From Myxococcota bacterium (GTDB lineage: Bacteria; Myxococcota_A; Polyangia; Nannocystales; Nannocystaceae), in NCBI GenBank assembly GCA_039194325.1, contig JBCCWC010000001.1:207206-271205 (forward strand): a stretch of 64,000 bases of DNA, written 5' to 3'. Made by a program: the position numbers and the translations under genes. Of this stretch, positions 28,183 through 37,911 are shown piece after piece (position 1 is the stretch's first letter; every line of letters starts with the position of its first letter). The notes beneath the pieces are model-generated. The model made no database searches, was not told where the DNA came from, and was given only the letters and a program-made list of their open reading frames with translations.

Positions 28183-28620
28183 GTGGCCTACCGTGATGAC
28201 CGGCAAGCGCTGGAGCTCCAGCTCGCCGAGCTCGAGCGGGAGAACGAAGAGCTCCGCGACCAGCTCCAAGATGCACGCGCCAAAGCGATCGCCGCTCGGG
28301 CCGAAGATCGCGATCGACGCCACGAGTCGGCCATGCGCAAGTGTACGGTGTGCGGAGGCGCCCTACTGCCGGTGGCCGTGTTCGCGGGCCGTAACGACCG
28401 GTCGCCGCTCCCTCTACGCATGAGCACGCTCCGCTTCGTCAACCCGACCGGTGGCTTCACCCACTCGGCGCCGATCCTCGCCAAGGCGTGCAGCAGCTGC
28501 GGGTTCATCCATCACTTCATCGACATGCGTGACCGCGAGGGCACCGACACCAAGGCCGCCTGGCCGCCCCCCGAGATGACCCCCACCAAGGACGAAGGCA
28601 ATCCCTCCGACGAGCCGTGA
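28183..28620 (+). CDS. Small coiled-coil + Zn-ribbon protein
   Basis: Heptad LELQLAELERENEEL; CTVC...CSSC. Confidence 0.75.
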   Translation: MAYRDDRQALELQLAELERENEELRDQLQDARAKAIAARAEDRDRRHESAMRKCTVCGGALLPVAVFAGRNDRSPLPLRMSTLRFVNPTGGFTHSAPILAKACSSCGFIHHFIDMRDREGTDTKAAWPPPEMTPTKDEGNPSDEP

Positions 28621-28680
28621 CCGGCCATGGCGAGCCACGATGATGGGCAAGGGCGTAGCCGAAGAGCGCAGGTGCTCGAC

Positions 28681-31600
28681 TCATGATCGGGCGCTCGACG
28701 CCTCCCGGTCGCCCACGCCCGGCTCGTCGCCCCGATCGCGCTCCTGCCCCGGCTCCCCCCCCGACTTCAGCTCGCCGGGGGGCCCTTCGCTCAGCGCCCT
28801 GTCGCGACGCATCACCGGGCACATCTGCTGGATCGCCACCACGTCGGCCGCCTCTCCCACCATGCCCAAGCGCTCGGCGAGCTGCCGCGCGTGATCGAGA
28901 TGCCGAGCCGAGGCGGTGGTGTTGCCCCGAGAGTGCTCCCAGGCCGCGAGCCCGGCGAGATAGGAGGGCCGCGCGAAGAGCATGAGCGACGAGTACCGAC
29001 GCCCCGCGGTGATCGCCCGGCGGACATCCTTGCGCAACCCCCGGTCGAGCGGAGATCTGGCGTTGGCCATCGCCGCGGCCACGAGGAACGCACCATGCAG
29101 CGTGACCGTGGGATTGCGCAGCTTCTTGTCGATGAGGGTGACAACCCCGGCCCGCCCCTGCTCGAGCGCCTCGTCCACGTGCCCCGCGAGGGCCAGCGCG
29201 AGCACCCAGCGACCCAAGGCGGCGCTTCCGTTGGCCAGATCACCGGTCTCGGCGTTCAGCTGGGCCCCGTCGCGTAGCTTGTCGAGCCCTCCGACCCGAT
29301 CGCCCTTGCGCCACCGAGCGTGCCCCTCGATGTACCGAGCCCAGCCCAGCGCCCGACGGTCGTCGAGCTCGAGGGCCAGGCGCTCCAGCCCACGGCTGGT
29401 GTTGAGCGTCTGATCGTAACGACCCAGACAATTGAGGGCCTCGCCGTGGATCGTCCAGGCCTGACGCACGCGCAGGGGCTCCGCCGAGCGCTGGAGCAGC
29501 GCCTCGGCTCGGCCAGTGTGGAGCACCGCGTTGCCGGGATCGCCCTGGCATTGATAGGCCATGGCCCGCATGATCGCTTCCCACGCGGCCTCTACGGGGG
29601 TCGCGGCGGTTCGAGCCGCCTCCTCGGCGCGCTCGAGGTAGCGAAAGCCCCGCTTGTACTGGCCGAAGGTCGACACGATGAACCCCGCCTGAGCCCCACC
29701 AACGGCCAGCTCGGGGCTGGGGCCGACCTTCTCGGCCGTGTTGATCGATGACGCCTGGTAGTAGACGGCCCGGTTGAAATCGCTGAAGTAGTAGGCCTCG
29801 GTCAGGGAGGCGCAGGTGCTGGAGATCATGGCCAGCCTCCGCTTCTGCTCCTCGTCTTGCACCTGCTCAGGGGCGCGCAACCAGCTGAGCACCAATGCGC
29901 TGCCCTGACGCGCGATCCCCAGGCCGACCGAAGACGCCGTCCGCGGCACGGAGAAGCCCAAGGAGATCAGCAGCTGCTCGAGTCGCTCGCGGGCCCGCAC
30001 CATGTCGGGTCGACGAAACTCCACGTCGGCCGACTTGCGCAGCAGCTCGGCCCGCCGCACGGGGTCCTCGGTCTGCTCGATGCACTCAGAAAACGCGGCG
30101 TTGGCATCGTCGTAGCGGCCGGCCTGCAAGCAGGCGGTCCCAAAGCGCTCTCGCAAGCCGAGCGAGACATCGTGGCCCGACGCCTCGCGATAGCGCACCG
30201 CGTCCTGGTAAAGAGCGGCGGCGCGCGAGAACGCATAGCTGGCCATGGCATCGTGGGCGGCGATCCGGCCGTAGCGGAAGGCGTCCTCGAAGTTGCGCGC
30301 CTGGGCGCAGTGGTGGGCGATGGTGGAAGGGTCGTCCCCCCGACGGTTGACGATGAGGTGCTCGGCGGCCCGCGCGTGGAGGCTGCGCAGCACGTCGTCG
30401 GGGAGCTCGTCGAGGATCGCGTCGCGCAGCCGACTGTGCGAGAACATGTAGGCGCCCGGCGAGACCTCCTCGAGGAACTTGGCCCGGATCGCCTCGTCGA
30501 CGCAATCGAGCAGCAGCGCCTCATCGACCCGCGTCACGTGGCGTAGCGACTCGAGGTCGCTGACCCGCCCGAGCACGGCCGCGGAGGCCAGCGCTCGCTT
30601 GGTGTCGGCCGAGAACCGTGCGGCCCGATCCCCGATCGCGCTCTGGACCCGCTTTTGTACGTCGGCATCTTCCAGGCTGACATCCGCCAGGGCCCAGTCG
30701 GATCCCCGGCGGACCAGCTTGCCGTGGGCCACCAGAGAGTAGAGCGCCTGGGTGACGTCGAGGGGCTTGGATCCCACGCAGTCGATCAACCGCTCGACAA
30801 AGTGCTCCAGCACGTCGTCCCGAGACCGCATGAGGACCGAGGCGACCAGCTCGGCGGTGGCGCTGCGCGCCAGCGGCTCGAGCTCGATCTTCTCGAAGCC
30901 CCCGAGCTCTTCGGCGACCTCGTGGAGCCACCCGAGCGCAGACGGAAAGGGCGAGGGCCGGTGGGTGACGATCACGGCCCAGCGCACGGGCTTGTCGCCG
31001 GTCGAGACGGCGTGCGCGGCACGGAGCAGGAACACCAGCAGCTCCAGCGGCGCCGCATCGGCCCAGTGCACGTCTTCGACGAGCACCACGCGAGGGGTGT
31101 CCTCGGCCAACGACCGCAGCCCCTCGGCAACCTCGCGCTGGAACTGCCACAGCTGGTTGACCTGGGCGTCGACGTCGAGGCGCGGCTCGAACTCAGAGGC
31201 AGAGCCGCTACGCATACGATCGGGGTTCTGACCGCTGGAGACCGCGGCCGTGCGGGCAGAAGTGGAGACGAACGCGGTGGTCGCCAGGGTGGCGGGGGCG
31301 TCCTTGACCACGTCGGACTCGGCCGTCGAGCGCGGCGGAGCATCGGTCTTGGAACGCTCCGCCTCGGCCGCCTCCTCCGAGCGCACCCGCCGGTCGACCG
31401 CACCCAAGAAGTAGCGCAGCGGATCGTAGGCGGCGCCCCCCTCGGCCCGGCAGGTACCCGCATAGAGCTCGCCCCCGAGTCCTCGCACCATGCCCGGCAG
31501 CTGGGCGGCGAGCTTGGACTTGCCCACCCCAGCCTCGCCACAGATCACGAACAAACCGCCCCCCGGGGACGAATCTCCCAGCTGCCGCTCGAGGAAGCGC

Positions 31601-32574
31601 TGCATCCGCTCGACCTCGTCATCACGACCCACCAGCCGAGGGACCGCGAGGTACGAGGCCCGCGCCAGAGGCGGCAGCTGGGGCATCGAGATCGCACCGG
31701 CGGCCGACTCGACGGCCTCCTTGAGCGCCTCGTAGGCCGCCACGGCGGTCGACGGCCGCCGGGATGGATCGCGGTCGAGCATGCGATCGACGAGCGCGAT
31801 TAGTTTGTCGGGCAGCTGCGGCGCGACCTCCCGCAGCGGGCGGGCGTCATCGGAGATCTTCAGACGACACCACTCGGTGATGCTGGGACGAAAGGCATCG
31901 GCCTGGCCGGCGGGGGTCAGCGGATGGACACCGGTCAGCGCCAGGTAGAGCACCACCCCCAGCGAGTAGAGATCGCTGCGGGGATCCACCTGAGACTGTG
32001 CCGCCTGCTCGGGCGCCATGTAGGGCAGCGACCCCATAAAAGAGCCCACGGTGGGCTGCTCGTCCATGTCGGCGAGCTTGGAGATCCCGAAATCGGTGAG
32101 CTTGAGCAGCGGCGGCTCGCCCTCGCGATCGACGACCAGCATGTTGTGAGGCTTGATGTCACGATGGACGATCTGCTGGGCGTGGATGTGATCGAGCGCG
32201 GCGAGGGCCTGAAGCCCGAGGCTGGCCACGACCCGAAGATCGCGAGCTCGTCCTCCCCGAACGTCGAGCGCCCGCCCGGGGACATACTCCATGGTGAATA
32301 ACCACCGATCCCCGTCTCGATCGAGGTCGTAGACCTGGACGCACGAAGGGTGGTGCAGGCGAGACGCGGAGCGAAACTCCCGCTTGAAGCGCACCACGGC
32401 CGCGCCGTCGGTGACGGCGGCGGTCAATAGCTTGAGCGCGACCTCGTGGCCTTCGCGACGGTCGTGCGCGCGGTAGACCGACCCCATGCCCCCGCGACCG
32501 ATGTGCTCGAGCACTTGGTAACGATCGCAGAGGATCTCACCCGGCTCGAGCTCCGCTGAGGTGTTACGGGGCAC
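28681..32574 (-). CDS. Ser/Thr kinase + AAA/STAND ATPase + TPR-like protein
   Basis: GRGGMG, HRDIKPHN, DFG, YMAPE; LVGR, Walker A GEAGVGKS, Walker B LVEDVHWAD; helical repeats. Confidence 0.93.
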   Translation of the reverse strand: MPRNTSAELEPGEILCDRYQVLEHIGRGGMGSVYRAHDRREGHEVALKLLTAAVTDGAAVVRFKREFRSASRLHHPSCVQVYDLDRDGDRWLFTMEYVPGRALDVRGGRARDLRVVASLGLQALAALDHIHAQQIVHRDIKPHNMLVVDREGEPPLLKLTDFGISKLADMDEQPTVGSFMGSLPYMAPEQAAQSQVDPRSDLYSLGVVLYLALTGVHPLTPAGQADAFRPSITEWCRLKISDDARPLREVAPQLPDKLIALVDRMLDRDPSRRPSTAVAAYEALKEAVESAAGAISMPQLPPLARASYLAVPRLVGRDDEVERMQRFLERQLGDSSPGGGLFVICGEAGVGKSKLAAQLPGMVRGLGGELYAGTCRAEGGAAYDPLRYFLGAVDRRVRSEEAAEAERSKTDAPPRSTAESDVVKDAPATLATTAFVSTSARTAAVSSGQNPDRMRSGSASEFEPRLDVDAQVNQLWQFQREVAEGLRSLAEDTPRVVLVEDVHWADAAPLELLVFLLRAAHAVSTGDKPVRWAVIVTHRPSPFPSALGWLHEVAEELGGFEKIELEPLARSATAELVASVLMRSRDDVLEHFVERLIDCVGSKPLDVTQALYSLVAHGKLVRRGSDWALADVSLEDADVQKRVQSAIGDRAARFSADTKRALASAAVLGRVSDLESLRHVTRVDEALLLDCVDEAIRAKFLEEVSPGAYMFSHSRLRDAILDELPDDVLRSLHARAAEHLIVNRRGDDPSTIAHHCAQARNFEDAFRYGRIAAHDAMASYAFSRAAALYQDAVRYREASGHDVSLGLRERFGTACLQAGRYDDANAAFSECIEQTEDPVRRAELLRKSADVEFRRPDMVRARERLEQLLISLGFSVPRTASSVGLGIARQGSALVLSWLRAPEQVQDEEQKRRLAMISSTCASLTEAYYFSDFNRAVYYQASSINTAEKVGPSPELAVGGAQAGFIVSTFGQYKRGFRYLERAEEAARTAATPVEAAWEAIMRAMAYQCQGDPGNAVLHTGRAEALLQRSAEPLRVRQAWTIHGEALNCLGRYDQTLNTSRGLERLALELDDRRALGWARYIEGHARWRKGDRVGGLDKLRDGAQLNAETGDLANGSAALGRWVLALALAGHVDEALEQGRAGVVTLIDKKLRNPTVTLHGAFLVAAAMANARSPLDRGLRKDVRRAITAGRRYSSLMLFARPSYLAGLAAWEHSRGNTTASARHLDHARQLAERLGMVGEAADVVAIQQMCPVMRRDRALSEGPPGELKSGGEPGQERDRGDEPGVGDREASSARS

Positions 32575-33388
32575 CGGACGGCTCGCCGAGCTCTTCGTAC
32601 GCGGTGGCGTGGGTGTGGGTCGCTCCGCGGATCTGATGGAGATATCGGCACCCAGTGTGATCGGTCTGGGTCGACAGGGTCGCGGTGTCGAAGATGAACA
32701 TCGGTCGCGTCAGCTCGGCGACGAACCGGCGCAGGGGAGTCCCCAGCGCGACCCGAGCCCTTGGATCGTCACCAGCCGTCAGCCCCCACGTCTCCCGCGC
32801 ATCGGCGACGATGCGAGGGAGCTCGGCGAACAACCACTGATCGGCAGCCTCGCAGTGACCTCGGTGTACCCGCAGCGCCGACGAGGCCGCAGGCGACCAC
32901 GAAACATCCCGGATGTTGGAGCCAAGCACGCGTGGCACACTACCGTCGAAGCGCTCATCGGGATCAAAGCGGTCCAGGAGCGACCCTGGAAGCACGCCAG
33001 GGCGAGCTGCGAGCGTCCCCCCCTCGGGGATGCGCACGATGCGACCCACCAGTCGCACGCACGCCACCGCCCTCCCGCGCGCGTCGACCTCGGCGCATAG
33101 TCGCAGCAGATCCCCCGCCTCGCGGACCCGAACCGTATATGCGACCTGGAGCGCGTCGGCGTCGAAGAAGGTGAGCGGCCCGAGATACTCGAGCTCGATG
33201 CCCACGATGACCACCCCGGTGCCGTGATCGCGGACCAGGGCGGGAAACGAGACCAAGTGCTCACGCAGCCAGTGGGCCCACCCTCGCATCCCGAACCCGG
33301 CCAGCGTCCACGGATGGAGCTGCTGCGGCGAGAACATCGCGGTGTCGAGCGGAACGTCGAAGGTGGTCACCCGCACCACTGGCGTCAC
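32564..33388 (-). CDS. Divergent tandem hot-dog fold (thioesterase-like) protein
   Basis: VVIVGIELEYLGPLTFFD and FVAELTRPMFIFD resemble two hot-dog beta-strand motifs; the canonical catalytic motif is absent. Confidence 0.55.
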   Translation of the reverse strand: MTPVVRVTTFDVPLDTAMFSPQQLHPWTLAGFGMRGWAHWLREHLVSFPALVRDHGTGVVIVGIELEYLGPLTFFDADALQVAYTVRVREAGDLLRLCAEVDARGRAVACVRLVGRIVRIPEGGTLAARPGVLPGSLLDRFDPDERFDGSVPRVLGSNIRDVSWSPAASSALRVHRGHCEAADQWLFAELPRIVADARETWGLTAGDDPRARVALGTPLRRFVAELTRPMFIFDTATLSTQTDHTGCRYLHQIRGATHTHATAYEELGEPSGAP

Positions 33389-33651
33389 CCCCCCGCGATG
33401 GCAGTGAGCACCTCGAGCACGTCGGCGCGACCGACCGGGCGCTCGAGGCCGTTGCGACCGACCTGCTCCCCATTGACGAATAGCTGGTGCGTCGTTCGAA
33501 CGGCACCGCTCCCATCACGCAGCACGTTGCGAAGCGCGTCGTGGCGCGCTTCGACCGCGTTGATGGCCTCACCCACGGTGCGAGCTTCTACCTCGATCTC
33601 GCGCTCGTACCCCACGAAGCGCAACAGTGTTCCCGACAAGATGACCTTCAT
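33385..33651 (-). CDS. MoaD/ThiS-family ubiquitin-like (beta-grasp) protein
   Basis: 88 aa; TVGEAI, FVNG, C-terminal AIAGG. Confidence 0.9.
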   Translation of the reverse strand: MKVILSGTLLRFVGYEREIEVEARTVGEAINAVEARHDALRNVLRDGSGAVRTTHQLFVNGEQVGRNGLERPVGRADVLEVLTAIAGG

Positions 33652-34820
33652 TGATTCAACTCCCGACAGTGGCGCCGCCCGAGCATGCTCGAGAGATAGG
33701 CGCCGAGATTGACCTCGAGTATGTCCTGGGCTCCCCCGCCCGCGATGCCCCCGTGGAAATCACGGAGGTACCGTTCATAATTGCTATGTCTCATGTATCC
33801 GCAGCCCCCGGTGACCCGCAGGGCACTGGTGGCCACGGTAATCGCTTGCTCGATCACGTAATACTTGGCGACGGCCATGTCCGGATCGAACACGGAGCTT
33901 CGATCGGCATGGCGAAAGCCGTGCAGCGCCCGGTGGGCCATGGCTCGCGCCGTCTCGACCGCGACGTGCATGCGGCCTAGCGTGGCCTGCACGCTAGTTA
34001 GCTCGCTCAGCGGACGGCCGTATCGCATGGTCTGCCCCACCGAGACGGCCACATCTTCCACGATGGCCCGCATGCGACCCAGCAGGCCGCAGACCAGTAG
34101 CCCCCGGCGATCGTTGAGGAACAGCTGAGCATGGCTGATGCCATCAAAAGGGACGAGCATGCGCTCCTCGGACAGCTCGACCCCCTCGAAGCGAAGTCGA
34201 GCCATGCCCGCAGCGCGGAACCCCGAGACCTCGACCGGCTCGATGGTGACCCCGGGATCATCGCGCTCGATGAGGAATACCGCCAGGTCGTCGTTGTCTT
34301 CACGACGTACGTAGGTCATGAAGACGTCGCCCTCGAGCCCACCGGTGACCATCTGCTTGTCACCGTCGAGCAGGTAGCGGTCGCCCTTCTTCTTCGCAGT
34401 CGAGCGAAAGGAAAATGCGTCGGTACCATCAGAGTAGGCAAAACAGGCAAAGCGCTCCCCTCGAACTAGAGGAGCCACTACCCGCTCGGCTACGGCTGGA
34501 GACGCGGCCTGGTGGATCGCGTTGGCCACCGCGGCGTGAAGACTTAGCACCAAAGGAAACGACCCGTCCTCGCAGTGGTATCCGAGCTCCTCGAGCACCA
34601 CGCCCCACCGAAACAGATCGGCCCCACCACCCCCCAAAGCCCGAGGGATCGAGTAGTTCAGCAGGCCGAGCTCGGCGCTCTTGCGAAGCACCGTGCGAGG
34701 GATGCCAATGCCCTCGACATCGCGCTCGATTGCCCCCGGATTGACCTCTTCTCGGACAAAGCCGGCAAACCGCTCGCGCACATCTTCGGCGATCTCCGCC
34801 ATCTCATCGCGCAACCACAC
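33648..34820 (-). CDS. Divergent acyl-CoA dehydrogenase family flavoprotein
   Basis: GLLNYSIPRALGGGG, YLLDGDKQMVT, RYGRPL, AKYY, GGCGYM, ERYLRD. Confidence 0.88.
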   Translation of the reverse strand: MWLRDEMAEIAEDVRERFAGFVREEVNPGAIERDVEGIGIPRTVLRKSAELGLLNYSIPRALGGGGADLFRWGVVLEELGYHCEDGSFPLVLSLHAAVANAIHQAASPAVAERVVAPLVRGERFACFAYSDGTDAFSFRSTAKKKGDRYLLDGDKQMVTGGLEGDVFMTYVRREDNDDLAVFLIERDDPGVTIEPVEVSGFRAAGMARLRFEGVELSEERMLVPFDGISHAQLFLNDRRGLLVCGLLGRMRAIVEDVAVSVGQTMRYGRPLSELTSVQATLGRMHVAVETARAMAHRALHGFRHADRSSVFDPDMAVAKYYVIEQAITVATSALRVTGGCGYMRHSNYERYLRDFHGGIAGGGAQDILEVNLGAYLSSMLGRRHCRELNQ

Positions 34821-34865
34821 CGATCCAGCGTACCGGAATTACCCTTAAGGGCCACCGTTTTCGAG

Positions 34866-34892
34866 TCGAAACTATAAATATCGAAACTATAA
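34866..34892 (-). promoter_or_regulatory. AT-rich direct repeat TCGAAACTATAA x2 upstream of the ACAD operon
   Basis: Copies at 34866-34877 and 34881-34892; contains TATAGT (-10-like) on the minus strand. Confidence 0.55.
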
Positions 34893-35128
34893 TAAGACTA
34901 GATCACGAACGGAGAGGCGGACGGAAGGGCGACGGCATGCGCAAAGTCGAACAATGTCGACCCGCCGCCCCTCCAGAGTCTCAAAAACGCCCTCAGGGAA
35001 TCGCTTGGGTCACCCCCAAGAGCGCAGCTGATGCTCGGGTTGAACAGCGAGCATCACTACACCCGGCCCAGCCAGTAAGTCCGGTCAAGTCCGGTCAAGT
35101 CCGGTCAACGCTCGCGAGCAACGACCGC

Positions 35129-36073
35129 TCAGGCTTGCTCGGCGAGCCAGCGCTCGGCGTCGATGGCCGCCATGCACCCAGTACCCGCAGCCGTGATCGC
35201 TTGCCGATAGACCTTGTCGGCCACGTCACCGCAGACGAACACGCCGTCGACCGTGGTGTAGCTGCTCCCGAGCTTTCCGATCTGGATGTAGCCCTGATCG
35301 TCCATCGCGAGCTTCCCGGCGAACGGCTTGGAGTTGGGCTCGTGGCCGATCGCGAGGAACATGCCAGTGACCTCGAGGGTCTGGTCGGGCCCACCGGTGG
35401 TGTCCTCGAGCAACAGACCGGTCACACCGTCGTCGCCGAGCACCTCCTTGACCTGCCGGTTCCAGTGCACAGTGATCTTGTCGTGCTCGAGCGCGCGCTT
35501 TTGCATGACCTTGCTGGCTCGGAACTGGTCGCGACGGTGAATGATGTGAACCGAGCGACACATACGGGTGAGGAACAACGCCTCCTCCATGGCAGTATCG
35601 CCCCCCCCGATCACGGCCACGTCTTGGTTGCGATAGAACGCACCGTCGCAGGTGGCGCATGCCGTGACGCCCTTGTTACGCAGCCGTTGCTCGCTGGGTA
35701 GACCCAGGTACTTGGCCGAGGCGCCGGTGGCGATGATCAGCGCATCCGCGGTGTAGACCCCGCTATCACCATGTACGGTAAAGGGGCGCTGAGTGAGCTC
35801 GACCTCGTTGGCCAGGTCGTAGACCACCTGGGTGCCGAAACGTTCAGCTTGCTGACGAAACTCATCCATCATCTCCGGGCCGCCGATCCCGCCCGGATAG
35901 CCGGGGTAGTTCTCGACGTCGGTGGTGGTGGTCAGCTGCCCACCTGGCTCGGGACCCGCCAGCACAACCGGCGAAAGCTCTGCTCGCGCGGCGTAGAGCG
36001 CGGCGGTGTATCCGGCGGGGCCGGCACCGAGGATGAGAACCTTGGAGTGCTTGGTCGAGTTGGTGTCGCTCAT
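35129..36073 (-). CDS. trxB: Thioredoxin-disulfide reductase
   Basis: GAGPAGYTAA, GGQL, CATCDG, GGGDTAMEEA, YRQAITAAGTGC. Confidence 0.97.
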   Translation of the reverse strand: MSDTNSTKHSKVLILGAGPAGYTAALYAARAELSPVVLAGPEPGGQLTTTTDVENYPGYPGGIGGPEMMDEFRQQAERFGTQVVYDLANEVELTQRPFTVHGDSGVYTADALIIATGASAKYLGLPSEQRLRNKGVTACATCDGAFYRNQDVAVIGGGDTAMEEALFLTRMCRSVHIIHRRDQFRASKVMQKRALEHDKITVHWNRQVKEVLGDDGVTGLLLEDTTGGPDQTLEVTGMFLAIGHEPNSKPFAGKLAMDDQGYIQIGKLGSSYTTVDGVFVCGDVADKVYRQAITAAGTGCMAAIDAERWLAEQA

Positions 36074-36350
36074 GGGAGAAGGTCGGGAGCATAAGTCCGG
36101 GCCTTCGCGGGAGCAACGGCGGCGGCCGAAACGCCGAACTGCCGAAACGAGCGAGCACGCAAAATCGCCGCCGCACGGGGCGCAGCCCTCCGGGGAAGGA
36201 CGGAGGACGGACGACCGGAGGAACCGCCCCGTGCAGCAGCAGGCAGGAATCCGTGACGGACGGGGACCGGAGGATTCCGGACAATGACGCGTCTATCAAA
36301 GACGCGACACGACGGCGAAAAGTTCCCTGGTGGCCGCCTCGATGATCTCC

Positions 36351-37883
36351 CTAATGATCCCGCCAGCGATCCCGCCAGCTGTCCAAGGTCACGACGTGGG
36401 TCGCCCCATCCCGCTCGAATCGTAGCTCAAGCGACGAGCCCGCGCCGGTGAGGGCATCGGCCACATCGCTCGGGCGCCGCAGCGCCTGGCCATCGAGCGC
36501 TCGCAACCGGTCGCCAGGCTCGATCCCCATTGTCTGGGCCAGCGACCCCGGACGCACCTCGACCACCTCGAGGCCCCCGGGCGTCTCCCGGGCGCTCACC
36601 CCCAAACGAGGACCCTCAGCGGGAGCGCCCGGCGGCTTCGGCGGCTCCTCGGGTTCCTCGGAGGGATCGCCCAGGCCAAAGGGCAGCCGAAACGAGGGCG
36701 AATGGGGCGAACGGGTCGAGCGCTTCGACCCCCGCGAGGAGCGAAGCGCCTCCAGCGAAGATGACTCGGGCCGCGCGCCCAGAGTGACCCGCAGCTCGAG
36801 GACTTCGCCATCCCGTCGCACCAAGAGGGTCACCTCATCCCCCGGCTGCTTGGTCCCCACCCGGGCCCGCAGGGCCTCGAAGCTCTCCAGCGGCTCACCA
36901 TCGAGCGCCTCGACCACGTCGCCCGATCGCAGACCCGCCCGCTCGGCGGGGGTGCCCTCGTAGACGCTACCGATCGTCGCGCCGGGCTCGGTGGCGCCGG
37001 GCACGTTGCCCGCCCCCAGCCAGCCCCGGACCACCTCGCCGCGATCGCGCAGCTGCTCGACGATTTGCCGCGCTTGGTCGACGGGGATCGCGAACCCGGG
37101 GCGCAAGCCCGAGCCGACCGCGGTGTTGATGCCCACCACCTCGCCCCGCAGGTTGAACAGGGGCCCGCCGCTGCTGCCTGGGGCGATGTCGGCGTCGGTC
37201 TGCAGGAAGTCGATGTAGCTGTCGCGGTAGAGCCCCAGACTCCCGCGCCCCTTGCCCGAGATGATCCCCACGGTGGCGGAGTGATCGAGCCCCATGGGGT
37301 TGCCCAGCGCGACCACCCAGTCGCCGACCTCGAGGGTCTTGCTCTGACCCAAGGTCACCGCGGGCAGGGCGTCGGCGTCCGAGAGGCCGTCCGAGAGATC
37401 TAGCAGGGCCAGATCGGTGGCGGGATCGCTGCCGACGACCTGAGCGTCGAAGCGCCGACCATCGGACAGGCGCACCTGCACCTGCGAAGCGCCGTCGATC
37501 ACGTGATGGTTGGTGACCACCAAGCCCTCGGCATCGATGATGAAACCGCTGCCCATGCCCTGTACCGGGCGATCCGCGCCGAGGATCCCCGGCCCCGCGC
37601 GGCGTCCCCGAGCGTCTACCGCGACCACCGCCGGGCCAACCGCCTTGATCATGGGGGCGAGGCTCTGGCGAGGATCGTAGTGGGCGGGATCGAGGAGCGC
37701 GGCGGCAGCCGCAGCGACGGCTGCGCTTTCCGATGGATCGGCGGACGACTCGGCACCGTCGGCAGCCTCGGCCTCGCGACTGCATCCGGTGGAGGGCAAC
37801 GTAAGCGCTGCGCCTACAAAACCTACAGCAGCCACCGTGAGCGGTGGCAGACGGCGAAGGAACCGGGCCCGGTGGCGATGCAT
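36351..37883 (-). CDS. HtrA/DegP-like serine protease with two PDZ domains
   Basis: GSGFII, TNHHV, DLAL, QTDA.I.PGSSGGPL; two PDZ-like repeats. Start uncertain. Confidence 0.92.
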   Translation of the reverse strand: MHRHRARFLRRLPPLTVAAVGFVGAALTLPSTGCSREAEAADGAESSADPSESAAVAAAAAALLDPAHYDPRQSLAPMIKAVGPAVVAVDARGRRAGPGILGADRPVQGMGSGFIIDAEGLVVTNHHVIDGASQVQVRLSDGRRFDAQVVGSDPATDLALLDLSDGLSDADALPAVTLGQSKTLEVGDWVVALGNPMGLDHSATVGIISGKGRGSLGLYRDSYIDFLQTDADIAPGSSGGPLFNLRGEVVGINTAVGSGLRPGFAIPVDQARQIVEQLRDRGEVVRGWLGAGNVPGATEPGATIGSVYEGTPAERAGLRSGDVVEALDGEPLESFEALRARVGTKQPGDEVTLLVRRDGEVLELRVTLGARPESSSLEALRSSRGSKRSTRSPHSPSFRLPFGLGDPSEEPEEPPKPPGAPAEGPRLGVSARETPGGLEVVEVRPGSLAQTMGIEPGDRLRALDGQALRRPSDVADALTGAGSSLELRFERDGATHVVTLDSWRDRWRDH

Positions 37884-37911
37884 GGGCGCGGCAACCTCGG
37901 GAAGGCGAGCG

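Noticed and set aside
33385..33651. Calling the Ubl moaD or thiS
   Set aside because: No Moco or thiazole synthesis genes are adjacent; only a family-level call is supported.
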